Below, in pieces: positions 27,101 through 39,435 of a DNA stretch of 64,000 nucleotides. Origin of the DNA: Sphyrna mokarran (taxonomy: Eukaryota); assembly GCA_024679065.1 (NCBI GenBank), contig JAGIQG010000011.1:4464001-4528000 (forward strand), given 5' to 3'. Positions within the stretch are counted from its first letter, which is position 1; each line of letters opens with the position of its first letter. The position numbers were made by a program, and so were the translations under genes. Under the pieces are notes generated by a model, which worked only from the letters and a program-made list of their open reading frames with translations, had not been told where the DNA came from and did not search any database.

Positions 27101-28074
27101 AAGCAAATTGTGGGAAATCACTGGCATGCTCTATTGGATTTTTTGTCCATTACTTTTAATAGTTACAGAATTATAAGGGATATAACCATGATTTCCCACG
27201 AAAAGCTTTCCATGAGCAATACTCCCTGTTGGAAGAGCTGGATTGTGAAATCACACCTTTTGAAATACTGTTGAATTATCTAATTTGAACAATGGTCTGA
27301 GTCCAAAACAGGGATTAGCTTAATACAGGCTTTGCACATTTCTGCCAAAGACATTACAAAAGAATCTAATCCACATATCAAAGTAGCATGATTTGAAACT
27401 GAAGTCTTAACATTCTTCAAAATGATCTAGGGAGCAAATCTACTTTTGGCACTGTTACAGCAGTGCAGAAATCTTGTTTTGAAGAAATCAATCTGACTGT
27501 AACAAGCCTTTGATATTGTGCCAGATGACAACCAAACTTATGGTATTGTCAGTCCTGAATTCCTTTAGTTGATGTCTTCTTTTGTAACTGAATTTCAGAG
27601 AAGTCAGATAACTATACTGGTTGTTTTCTTTGTAGCTGGATCAAATCTATTTGCTGAAACATAATGTTCTGTGCAGAAATAGTCTAAGATTTTTATGTAA
27701 CACTGGGTCAGCTTTTCAGAGTATTTCAATAAGTTTACAGAGAAGTTCAGATGCAGTCAGATGATTTTGACTAACGATTTTAAAAAATGGTCTGTTTCTT
27801 GGTATTGTGAAGCACAGAAGGGGAATATTTTGTTCATCACGCTTGTACTGAATCTTTGAAAATGCTATCCACTTTCCCCACAACTATGCATCTTTTTTCC
27901 TTTTTCCAATATTTATCTAATTCCCTTTTGAAAGTTAATATTGAATTTATTTTGAACAATCTTTCAAGGAGCATATTTCAGATAATGAAAAAGATCTAGG
28001 ATTCTCCGGCCACGCTTTCCTCAAAACTGAAAAATCCCATCCGAGATCAATGAACCTTTGCATGATCCACCCTT

Positions 28075-28420
28075 CCCACAGTGATTAGCCCTGCTGCTCT
28101 TACAGCACCAGTGACTCAGGTTTGATTCCAGCCTTGGGTAATTGTCTGTATGGAGTTTGCACATTCTTCCTGTTTCTCTATGGGTTTCCTTTGGGAGTTC
28201 TGGTTTTCTCCTATTGTCCAAAGATGTGCTGGTTAGGTGGATTGGCCATGCTAAACTGTCCCAGTGTCCTAAGATGTGTAGGTTAGGGAGATTAGTAGGG
28301 TAAATGTATGGGGTTACAGGTTTAGAGGGAGGGAGAAGCCTGGTTAAGATGCTCTCTCAGAGAGTCGGTACAAGCTCAATGGGACAAATGGCCTCCTTCT
28401 GCACTATAGGTATTCTACGA
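28075..28420 (+). mobile_element. HE1-like V-SINE
   Basis: B-box-like ggtttgattcca, V core, CR1-type tail tggcctccttctgcact. Confidence 0.85.
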
Positions 28421-29920
28421 TGAAGAGGTAAATATGAGAGGTGACTTGATTGAAGTATATATGATCAACTTAAGAATAAAGCAAGGAACTTGTTGCTTGG
28501 AAGCAGAGAATGTGGCCAAGATCCTAAATGAGTACTTTGTATCAGTATTCACCAAGGAGAAGGATGTGGAGGATAGTGAGATTAGCATGGAGCAATTGAC
28601 TTAAGCTTCGTGCCATTTTTGGGTAGTTCACACCGCTAAGAAGGAGCCATAATAATTGGAAACTGTTCAGTGCCAAGCATGAATCAGATTTTCAGCTGTA
28701 CACACATTTTCCCAGCTTACTGCACTGATTACCAGCGTAATGAGATGGTAAAATCACATCCGGTGTCACTCATGCATGGAAAAGATACAGTTTAAGAGAA
28801 TAGTGCACTTTTGCAAGTTGTAAATGAAAAGATAGTTCACAATGTTTAGCTCATTGTCAGAAAACAGTCAAATTGAAGGCCCTGCAAAAGTGGACTGTTC
28901 ACTCTGGAAGGGTAGTTAAAATGGGTTCAACAGCAGAGGTCATTTATCTGGGAATATTATAGGATTCCTTCAAAGAGATGAGATGGGATTTTCCCCAACA
29001 TTCTAAGTGTTGAATTTGCTTAAAAACTGGAGTAAAGCCCACTGTTTTTTCCAGCAGGATTTTCAAAGTAAATCTCCCACATACACAGTGCGCTAGCATT
29101 CCAGTGGAATCTCATGCAAAATCACAGATGGACCTACTCCTGCAAAGAGGCAGCATGGCACTGAGCAGGCTACTGCATATGTGTCGATCTGTCAAGTGCT
29201 GAGATTGGTAAGTGCGTAGTAGCCCCGCACTGCTGGCCTCCCCATCACTGGCCAGCTTGATCTGGACCCCCATATCACTGGCCCTTTGACCCACCCCCTT
29301 CCCATGGCCCAATCACTGGCTCTCTGATATGTCTGGGTCAGTCTTGGCACTCCTCCCTCCACTGCCCATCTTGATCTCCCCTCCACGGCAGTCCCGACTG
29401 ACAGTAGTGACCTTCCCTTGCCACCCCAAACCCTCTGCAATCTCCTCTTCAGCCCCCCCCCCCAAACCCCTCACCTCAGGCGGACCACTGACTCCAATGG
29501 CCAGACTCAATTGTTTGCTCCCCTCCCTCTGTCATTGCCAAGTGCAGCATGGCAATGGGATTCCCCCCCCCCATTCCAGTGCCTGGGGGGCAACACTCCT
29601 TATTCCCAACCTCCTGGGGAGGAGGGGTCGCCCCCCCTGCACTCCAGTGGGTTTGGGCTGCCAGTTCCCACAAGTGAGAGCTATTGTAAACCTCTCTGGA
29701 GTAAAACATTCCTGGCATGGGGGAGATTCTAGAGACTCCAGAGACTTTAGTCCTGGGCCTGCCTGTGATATGGAAATCCTAAATTAAATAAATCATACAG
29801 CTCCAACCAATTTCTGGCTTCTGCTTGAGTCTTGTTAAATCAGTGCAGTAGGCTGAGAGAGGTGCCACTGAACCTGACGTTCAGCAAGTTGCAAAATTAG
29901 TCACTTGTTGTTTAGTATTT

Positions 29921-30702
29921 ACAGCATTCAGTATATACTCTAATGGAACAGATTTTATTTTAAAATTTATTCTAGCAACGTTGTTAAGTGATTCCCGAGG
30001 ATTGGTTGACTTCTGCAATTTCTTCACAGTCTATCTCAAGTTTCCGTTTCACACCCACTTCTGGGTATGGCAAGTGTGCATGCTCAATGGGAAAAATTTA
30101 AGGTCCGCATCTCAGGATCTGAAACTTAACAATGAGAGCTGGGAAGAAACTAATTCACTTTAATTAAGCATGAATCATCCATTACACCACTATAAATTGA
30201 TCATTACCAGATGATCAAGTTTCTTTACAGATGAACTTGGAGCAGAAGTCAGATTGAGTGACATTTTAGAAGTAATAGTTTTCTGCAGTTGGTGTTGTGT
30301 AGACAGAAAACTAGCTTCCCTTTCATTCTTGGAACAATAAAGGAATTTGTATCAGAAGGTAGTTTTTTTCACACGATCAACTTATATTGTCCATCCAGAA
30401 TTATCTGGAAATCTGCAACCACAGCTACGTAGTGGTGTAATGGATGATTCATGCTTAATTAAAGTGAATTAGTTTGTTCCCAGCTCTCATCGTTAAGTTT
30501 CAGATTCTGAGATGCAGACCTTAAATTTTTCCCATTGAGCATGCACACTTGCCATACCCAGAAGTGGGCGTGAAACGGAAACTTGAGATAGACTGTGAAG
30601 AAATTGCGGAAGTCAACCAATCCTCGGGAATCATCTTAACAACCTTGCGAGAGTAAATTTTAAAATAAAATCTGTTCCATTAGAATATATACTGAACACT
30701 GT
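29921..30702. repeat. Long inverted repeat (arms 29921-30192 and 30430-30702, about 237-bp spacer)
   Basis: Arms align as reverse complements along their whole length with scattered mismatches. Confidence 0.95.
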
Positions 30703-31739
30703 CCATATTTGAAGTTGTGAATTGGACATGCCTTCACTGGGCATAAAGAAAGATACTGCCGGAAATTCAAGGAATATTGCCAAACTGGTAGAGTGTTTCA
30801 TGGCACATGTAAGCAACATGTAATTAGGATATGCAGAGGATGTTGAAAAGCTAACTGGGAGTTGCCACAGCTGCCAGAACTTTCCACTTTGACTCAAAAG
30901 CTGCTGTCATATGCCTGCAGGAGACAACATAATTAAAGAAACAGTCCATTCTGGACTGATTTTACTTTGTACTCATTCTGCAGCAAACACTCTCTGCAAA
31001 TTGTAAAGGTTGTACTTAATTGGTGAAAATCTGCTTTTTGCTTTCAAGGGCATCAGATTGAACAAAGATATGTTTTGTCCAATGGTTTTTACCTCATAAT
31101 TAAAGTAACATCCCGTTGATTAAAATGCAGTATTCTTGTTTTTTTTAATAAGCCTAGCCTATGTGATTTAGCATACATTACCTGTGGGATTTTATGAATT
31201 CTATATTAGCTTTTATGGAATATATTGCTATTAGGCATAAATGTTGCACACAATGGAGAAGTTTTATTTGCAGATAATTAGTATTACTGTGACAATAGAG
31301 AACAGTAGATTTATTTTAAAAATAAATTTGAATATTCTCACATGAACATCATGCAAAAATTATAAAGATACTTCCTGTTTCTGGCTTGGAAAGGACCCAG
31401 AACAGAGCTTTGGGCAAAATGTTTAACTATTTGCCAAGTGGATATACTTAATTTATGGCTCTTTTAAGTGAGTGGTATGTACAGTGCAATGTGATAGTAT
31501 CTAGGGTTACTTGAAGTTAATTTCCCTGCCTTTGCCCCTCACGACAGATAGCAGCAACATATCCAAGCACCCATACTTGTCCAGGTGTTGAAGCATTATA
31601 GCTGGGAATCCCTCAGGTTAAAGGTCAGAAAAATCAGCCCATAATTTATGTATCCTGTAATCCACATGGTACTGAGAATTAACATCCTTTGTAGCACAAC
31701 AAGCACTCAGGCAGATGCTATGCTTAGGCAGTTCTGATT

Positions 31740-31900
31740 CGGAACTGCATCGTTGTTCCTTCACTGTCACTGGATCAAAATCCTGGAACTCCTTTCCAAA
31801 CAGCACTGTGGGTGTATCTACACCCATATGGACTGCAGCGGTTCAATAAGATGCTCACTACCACCTTCTCAAGGACAATTAAGGATGGACAATAAATTCC
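31740..31900 (+). mobile_element. 3' end of an older CR1/L2-type LINE
   Basis: ctggaactcc...cttctcaaggacaattaaggatgg; same family as 54460-56890 and 58345-58750. Confidence 0.7.
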
Positions 31901-33192
31901 CCAGCATAGTACTGAGAAACAGTGTCAGAGGAGTCATCGTAGATGTCTTGGTCAAAATTTATTCCTTAGTCAACATCACTAAAGAAATAGATTATCTGGT
32001 CATTGCAATGCTGTTGTTTGAGGAAACTGAGTAGATTTCAAAAATACATAATTCTAAAACAATTGCCTCTAAAACAATTGCCTCTAAAACAATTTATCTG
32101 AGCAAGGTTTTGTTAAAAAAGAAAAAGTAAATTTTTGTAGTGCCTTTCATAAACTCAAAACACCCCAAATCGTCTTACAACCAATGAAGTACTTTTAAAT
32201 TATATCCATTATTCTTGATTTTGCAATGCAGCTGTGAGATTTTTCAAATGATGCCCAATGACAATAAAGAACAGTGCCTATGCTTAATAGCTATTTTTCA
32301 ACAGGAAAGCTTGGGAATTTAAAAAAACATTGAGAGGTATTTATGACTCATGGAGTCTTAATATTCTACTTGATTCAGTGCATGGCACAGTGCTCAGACA
32401 GGAAAGAAATTCTAGTAAATTAAAGCAAAATAATACATTTGAATAACCTTTATTCTGCAGCAATCTAGTCACATCTTAAGTTAGTTAACTTGCTTCTTTT
32501 ACGATTTTCAGTTGCTATTTTGCTCCTTGTAATGCAGGAATTAACCCTAATCCTAAAATAATCTTTTATTCCACTGTTATTATGGCCTCGCTCATCCCAA
32601 AACCCTAAAATCCTGCCAAGGAATATAGCAATTTCAGGGATTGTAGCACTGGAGAATATTAGAGATATGGAGGGCAAGAATGGAGATTTTTACATTGTGA
32701 CATTGCTAAGCGGGGAGCCAATATCCGTCATCAAACACAGGAATGATGGTTGAATTGGACTTCACAAGAATTAGGATATGCACAACAACATTTTGGATGA
32801 CCTCAAGTTTATAAAGGGAGCAAAGTGGAGCCAATCTTGAGGGTAATGGGATTGTAGAGTCTATAGGTAACAAAGACATTAATGAAAATTTATTCAGTGA
32901 TGGGTTGAGACAGGGGTGGAGTTGGACAATGCTAGAGATGCATTTAGGTGGTCATGATATTTAAGAGTATTTAGGGTTAGAAGTTCATTTCAGGTTTAAC
33001 AATGACACCAAAGTTGTGGAAGTTCTAGTGCAGTTTCATACTGTAGTCAGGGAAAGTAAAAATGGAGTTTGGATAGGGGAATGGAGACTAACTACTAACA
33101 ATCTTTTTTACAACGAGCAAAGCCTACTTAGCAAACAAAGCCTTATATGAACAATGCACTATTGCAGTCTACAGAGTCCATTTAAATACAAT

Positions 33193-33322
33193 GGGTGGGA
33201 TTTTACTGCCTTGCTTGTCCCAAAACTGTAAATTCCTGCCTGAGGGTCAGTGGACCTTTCTATTGTCTACTATTTGCCCGCTCCGATTCCCATATCAGGA
33301 ACAGCAGTGAAATTCCAGCCAA
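33193..33322. mobile_element. Harbinger-type MITE (relatives at about 10578-10704, 18225-18327, 26725-26915, 34500-34942, 41328-41455)
   Basis: Short TIRs gggtgggatttt...aaattccagcc and a shared internal tcaatgga/tcagtgga motif. Confidence 0.6.
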
Positions 33323-34626
33323 TATATCTGAATTATGACAAACAGAATTCATGACCAAAACTGCAGTTTGAGTAAAAACAAAGGGACAGCAAAATACAGT
33401 CAGTGGAGGATAGTTACATAAAACAATACTATGCATAAAGCAAATCATGCTCTTTTACAGCAAAGTGGATTCCAGATAGGATTAATATAAGAATTATCTA
33501 ATTATCACAATTCTGGCCTTGAGTAGTGGTGTCACCATATGCAGCTAATAAGTTAAATGGTGGAGACTGAAGGCAATAGTTTATTTAATATTTCAATAGC
33601 AAAACTTTCCGCATATCCAACACTGGGTGTGGGACAAACCCAATGGGTGAGATTATCCATGCAACCCGCCATGTGTTTCATAGTTGCAGAGGTGGTCTCC
33701 CGTTGGCCTGTGGTGGGATCTTCTGGTTCTGCCATTATCAGCCAAATTTCCCATTGAATGCACCTCTTGACACCATAAAACCTAGAGTGGGTGTGCGCCA
33801 TTAGCAGGATCTGAAAATCCTGCTGATGTGAATGGCCAGAAGGTCCTGACCAAGATTTTGTAACAGTGACTTCCCTGGCGTTGAGAACATAATTTTTTTT
33901 GTTCAAGTTCCAATTCTACCAAGCATCAATTATCAAACAAATGGCTCTGGTTAGTGGCGAAAACTGACAAACCATAAAACTATAATCTGGATGTAAGATT
34001 ACGAATTTAATGAGAAATTGTCATCTCACTACCTGGATGGGACAGGGCAAAAAACAGCTAGGTGACAGCAGTTGACTTATTTTCCTTCCATTAGTGAAAA
34101 GACAGCCTACCAGATTTTACCACTATCATGTAATCCCTGCATCTGTCCTAAATTTTCTCTTTACTCTCTGCCCAGGTGATGTTCATCACCCAGGAAGTAG
34201 AGACAGAAATCTTCTTCATGATATTTTGTTGATAGTCTCTTGCTGCTGTGATTTACTGTGCCAAAACTCTGATTAATCAATTGAGCTTGGAACTGATAAC
34301 ACTGGTAAATTCAATAACCAGTTATCAAACGAGAATTCATCACCCACTTCAATCATGGTGAATTACATTCCAGGCTTCAGTGAAACCGTATGTAATTTAC
34401 TTGCAGTACTCATTTCTGTCTCACAAATGCAGGACAAACTATCTCTTGTGGTATAAATCATTTCAAAATTGCTCTTATTTTGTTCCTTCAGACATACTGG
34501 GAGAATTTTCCCATCCCAGCCCATCATGGGAATCGTAGGAGGCAGCTGGGGAGGCAGGAGCTCTGGGGATGATTGAGGAGGAGTTGTGGGGGGGGGGGGG
34601 GGGGAGACCATTCCAAGGTCCACTGA

Positions 34627-34775
34627 CCTCACTTTTAATGGGTCCCTTTGTTACTGATTGTTCAACTAAGGGGAACAGCTGCTCCCTATTCACCCTGTCT
34701 GTGCTCCTCAATCTTGAACACCTCAATCAGGTCACCCCTCTGTCTTCTCTGCTCCAAAGAAAGCAATCCAAGCCT
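34627..34775 (-). repeat. Exact 149-bp inverted copy of 35564-35712
   Basis: Base-by-base reverse-complement identity. Confidence 0.95.
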
Positions 34776-35136
34776 TTCTTTTTTAGCAGTTTTGGGACGA
34801 GTGTGGCCAGGAGACCCCTCCCCCCCCAGAGGGGTAAGGGTGGGGTTGGGCTGGAAAATGCGGCGAACCAACCAAAGGTCCATTGGCTTCGACAGAACCA
34901 AAAAAATTCCACAAGTGGGAGGGGCCATAACATTCTGTCCATAATTTAATCATTACTTACATTCCACAAATTGTGTTGCTAAGATTTTGTAAGTTAATGT
35001 TTATTAATGGCAAAAACAACCTAAAACAAACTCAAAACGAAGGTGATATTTTAATTAGGATTATCAGAAAAATAAAGCAGTTTTCAATCCTGTTTATTTG
35101 TGATCGAGGTTGGAAATAGCACAAGGCACAATCCAG

Positions 35137-35335
35137 AGATGTGCAGGTTAGGTAGATTGCCATGCAAAATTGCCCCTAAGTATCCCAAAATGTGTAGGCT
35201 TGGGATTAAATATGTGGGGTTATGGAGATAGGGTGCTGGGGGTGGGCCTGGGTATGATGCTCTGTTGGAGAGTCAGTGTAGACTCAATGGGCCAAATGGC
35301 CTCCCTCTGCACTATAGGGATTTTATGGTTCTATT
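35137..35335 (+). mobile_element. HE1-like SINE 3' half
   Basis: gatgtgcaggttagg...gactcaatgggccaaatggcctcc. Confidence 0.75.
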
Positions 35336-35489
35336 ATAATAGAACCTTGGTTTAAATTTCTACAGTATTCCAACTGTACGTTTGAGTTATTTCATCATAA
35401 TTTGTATATTATTGGGATTTAAACTACTGCATAGTAGGTTTTAATTGTAAACCATCAGAGTTAATGACTTTAAAAGAATTTCATAGGAG

Positions 35490-35975
35490 AGAATACAGCA
35501 TATAGGAGATTTACCAGGATGCTGCCTGGGATAGAGCATTTAAGTTATGAAGAGAGGTTGGATAGGCTTGGATTGCTTTCTTTGGAGCAGAGAAGACAGA
35601 GGGGTGACCTGATTGAGGTGTTCAAGATTGAGGAGCACAGACAGGGTGAATAGGGAGCAGCTGTTCCCCTTAGTTGAACAATCAGTAACAAAGGGACCCA
35701 TTAAAAGTGAGGAGTGTGAGGGTTGGTGGGGGGGGGGTGGTTTGAGGAAAAGCTTTTATACTCAAAAGGTGGTGGCGGTCTGGAATGCACTGCCTCGGAG
35801 GGTGGTGGAGGCAGGATGCATCATATCCTTTAAAAAGTACCTGGATGAATACTTAGCACACCGTAACATTCAAGTGCTAGCAAGTGGGAATAGGTGGGCA
35901 GGTCAGAACATTTCACGCATGGTGCAGATTCGATAGGCCGAAGGGTCTCTTCTGCACTGTAATATTTGTGATTCT
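35490..35975 (+). mobile_element. Degenerate CR1 3' fragment
   Basis: RFTRMLPG...FYTQKVVAVWNALP; ggccgaaggg tail. Confidence 0.85.
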
Positions 35976-36874
35976 GTGATAGTAAGAAATACTGGGAGCA
36001 GCTGCACAGCAGAGGTTTCTCCAGCTGACATGATTTCAGTGAATCCTCACTATTTGACTGGCTTTTTCCAACATTGCAAAAGCACTGACCCACTTTCCCT
36101 TTGACAAAAGTTCCCTATTGTTAGTGTTGTTGCGAAGTCATGCTTTATATAAAAAATGGTTATTGAATTTACTGTTTGGAAACTGTTAATTGATTTTTAA
36201 AAATAAAGGATTGAAGCCAGACTCTCATGGCTTGGAATCACAGTCATAGACGGCTGCAGATGGGCCAAATGCATTCTGAAACACTTGAAATACAGAAAAG
36301 CTGTCCGCAAAACCAAACGGAAAGAAAATGAATAGGAGATGTTATGAAGGCAATAAAGGCCATGTGGGATCATCAATAGATCTCCTATGGGCTTCCTGGA
36401 GTATGAGCTGGGTTATTGAATAACTGGAGGAGGCTAGACCAATGTGAAGCAGTCAGCAATGATTTTAAGCCTGTAACTTTACCCGGAGATGTAGGTGAAG
36501 ATTACCTGACTGTGAACTGCAGGATCAGCCCTTTCCTTTGGCAATAAAAGGTGTTGGAGATGGAAAGTTGAGGTTTGGCTGAATTACTATATTTGGTAAT
36601 GCAGAAAATCTTTTTCCTCCATCTTTCTCTACAAACAACTTCCAAATGTAAAAATCTTTTCTGGTTAAAAAAACACCATTATGTCTCTTTTTGGGAAGCT
36701 CAAGCCTTATGACACCAATGTGGAAGACTGGGCCCAGTACATTGACACACACATTACTTCTTCCATGCTAAAATTTGAAGATGATGAAAAACAAAAACTG
36801 ATATTGTTAACAGCAGATGGGCCCTGATTTTCAGTATGATAAGAAATCTGACTAATTAACTTTGCAAGAATTTA

Positions 36875-38340
36875 GCAACACCAATTTATAATCCAACCGA
36901 TTTATTTGATAGTAAAAAAGCGAGCTTTCGACTCTTGGGTCTTCCTCAGGCAAATGCAGTGTTCTGGTCTGCAATAGCACACATCAGCACAGACAGTCAG
37001 AGATTGCTGATTAGAATGCGAATCCTTACATCTAACCTGCTATTCAAGTGTTAAAGTGGCTAACAATGTGTGTGAAGGGCATCCTGAGCATTGTTAGAGA
37101 ATTGTGTATTTTCTCCAGACAGCACAGTAAGTGAGGTTTTTTGCTAACCCAGGCAAGTTACGGGGGTTACAGATAGTGTGTCATGAAGCCAAGATCCCTG
37201 TTAAGACCATCCTCATGTGTGTGGAGCTTGGCTATCAGTCTCTGCTCAGCGACTCTGCGCTGTTGTGTATCACGAAAGCCCCTTGAAGAACATTTACCCG
37301 CAGGTCGGAGGCCGAATGCCCATGACTGCTGAAGTGTTCGCCCACAGGCAGGGAACTGTTTTGCCTGGTGATTGTTGAGCGATGCTCATTCATCCGCTGT
37401 CGTAGTGTCTGCATGGTCTCCCCAATATACCATGCTTCGGGACATCCTTTCTTGCAACGTATTAGGTAGACAACGTTGGCCGAGTTGCAAGTGTATGTAT
37501 CGTGTACCTGGTGAATGGTATCCTCACGTTTGATGATGTCGTCCATGTCTATGATCTGGCATGTCTTGCAGAGGTTGCTGTGGCAGGTTGTGTGGTATTG
37601 TGGTCACTGTTCTCCTGAAGGTTGGGTAGTTTGCTGCGAACAATGATCTGTTTGAGGTTGTGCGGTTGTCTGAAAGCAAGAAGTGGGGGGGTGGGGATGG
37701 CCCTAGCGAGATGTTCATCGTCATCAATGATATGTTGAAGATTCTGGAGAAGATGTCATAGCTTCTCCGCTCCGGAGAAGTACTGGACAACAAAGGGTAC
37801 TCTGTCCACCGTGTCCCGTGTTCGTCTTCTGAGGAGGTCAGTGTGGTTTATCGTTGTGGCACGTTGGAACTGTCGATCGATGAATCAAGCGCCATATCCT
37901 GTTCTCACGAGGGCATCCTTCAGCGTCTGGAGGTGTCTGTCACGATCCTCCTCATCTGAGCAAATTCTGTGTATACGGAGGGCTGTCCATAGGGAATGGC
38001 TTCTTTAACGTGTCTAGGGTGGAAGCTGGAGAAGTGGAGCATTGTGAGGTTGTCTGTCGGTTTGCGGTACAGTGAGGTGCTGAGGTGACCGTCCTTGATG
38101 GAGATGCGTGTGTCCAAGAATGCAACAGATTCTGGAGAATAGTCCATGGTGAGTCTGATGGTGGGATGGAACTTGTTGATATCATCGTACAGTTGTTTCA
38201 ATGATTGTCACCATGAGTCCAAAGGAAAAAGATGTCATCAATGTATCTAGTATATAACCTTGGTTGGAGATCTCGTGTGGTGAAGAAGTCTTGTTCGAAC
38301 CTGTGCATGAAGATGTTGGCATACTGAGGTGCGATTGAGC
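36875..38340 (-). mobile_element. Penelope-like element, 5'-truncated (RT C-terminus, GIY-YIG endonuclease, pseudo-LTR)
   Basis: Minus ORFs INKFHPTIRLT..VAFLDT..LYRKPTD and NVVYLIRCKKGCPEAWYIGETMQTLRQRMNEHR. Confidence 0.93.
36917..36955 (-). ncRNA. Minimal hammerhead ribozyme core in the Penelope pseudo-LTR
   Basis: Minus strand CUGAGGA-A-GAC-ccaaga-GUC-GAAA-GCUC; stem I weak. Confidence 0.6.
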
Positions 38341-38532
38341 CTGTAATTCCCAAATTTGGTGGGGAGGGTGGAAAATCAAAATAGAACCTTTAATTCTGCA
38401 AGGGCAGAAAGAACTTTTGCAACAGATGATGTGGTTCACATAAGGAACCTCGGATAGTCCAGATGGGTCCTTGAGATTGTTATAGAGAAAACGGGACAAC
38501 TATTTCACAAGAACAAAGTTCAGAGTACTTCA

Positions 38533-39435
38533 GGCAGCATGGTGGCACAGTGGTTAGCACTGCTGTCTCACAGCACCAGGGACCGAAGTTCAATTTTGGC
38601 CTCAGGTGACTGTCTGTGTGGAGTTTGCACGTTCTCCCCAGTTTCCTCCAGATGCTCTGGTTTCCTCCCTCAGTCCAAATATGCGTGAGTTAGATTGATT
38701 GACCTTACTAAATTGTCCCTTAGTGTCAGGGGGACTGGCTAAGTTAAATTTATAGAACATAGAACATAACAGCACAGAACAGGCCCTTCGGCCTTCAATG
38801 TTGTGCCGACCAATATAAAAAGCAATGACCCTCCAAACTAAACCATTCCCTTCTCTTCCATATACTTATCAACTAACCTCTTAAACGCCACCAAACTTGG
38901 CGCATCTACAACCGCTGCAGGCAGGGCATTCCACCCCCGAACCACCCTTTGGGTAAAGAACCTGCCTCTGATATCCGTCCTATAACTATCACCCCTTAAT
39001 TTAAAGCTGTGTCCGCTCGTGCTAGCTTTTTCCATCCTAGGAAAAAGGCTATCACTGTCCACCCTATCTAAACCTCTAATCATCTTATATTTTTCGATCA
39101 GGTCCCCTCTTAGCCTCCTCCTTTCTAACGAAAACAACCTCAAATCCCTCAGCCTCTCCTCATAAGACCTGCCCTCCATACAGGCAACATCCTGGTAAAC
39201 CTCCTCTGTACCCTCTCCAATGCCTCCACATCTTTCTTATAATGTGGGAACCAGAACTGCACACAAAACTCCAAGTGCGGCCGCACTAGAGTTTTGTACA
39301 GTTGCAACATGACGTTGCGGCTCCGAAATTCAATCCCTCTACCAATAAAAGCCAAAAATGGTGTTATGAGGATAGAGTCTGGGTGGTCAGTGCAGACTCA
39401 ATGGGCCAAATGGTCTCCTTCTGTACTGTAGGAAT
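38533..39435 (+). mobile_element. HE1-like V-SINE split by CR1
   Basis: ggcagcatggtggcacagtggttagcactg head and V core; tail resumes at about 39355. Confidence 0.85.
38751..39353 (-). mobile_element. Young CR1 3' fragment
   Basis: ORFs nearly identical to 57100-57831; (GTTCTAT)n tail. Confidence 0.95.

Noticed and set aside
29112-29787. Cluster of overlapping Pro/Gly-rich ORFs (also about 59000-59560)
   Set aside because: GC-rich interiors of non-autonomous DNA-transposon-like repeats produce spurious ORFs in several frames
32054-32094. 15-bp tandem repeat (ctaaaacaattgcct); similar micro-duplications at about 1517, 19276 and 61027
   Set aside because: Ordinary slippage duplications with no spacers; not CRISPR-like
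36595-36630. Possible pore-exon EKIFS motif of the channel
   Set aside because: Reads EKDGGKRFSA with no GFG selectivity filter nearby; lies in the Gypsy leader
38533-38610. tRNA gene
   Set aside because: tRNA-derived SINE head continuing into the V core; no complete cloverleaf
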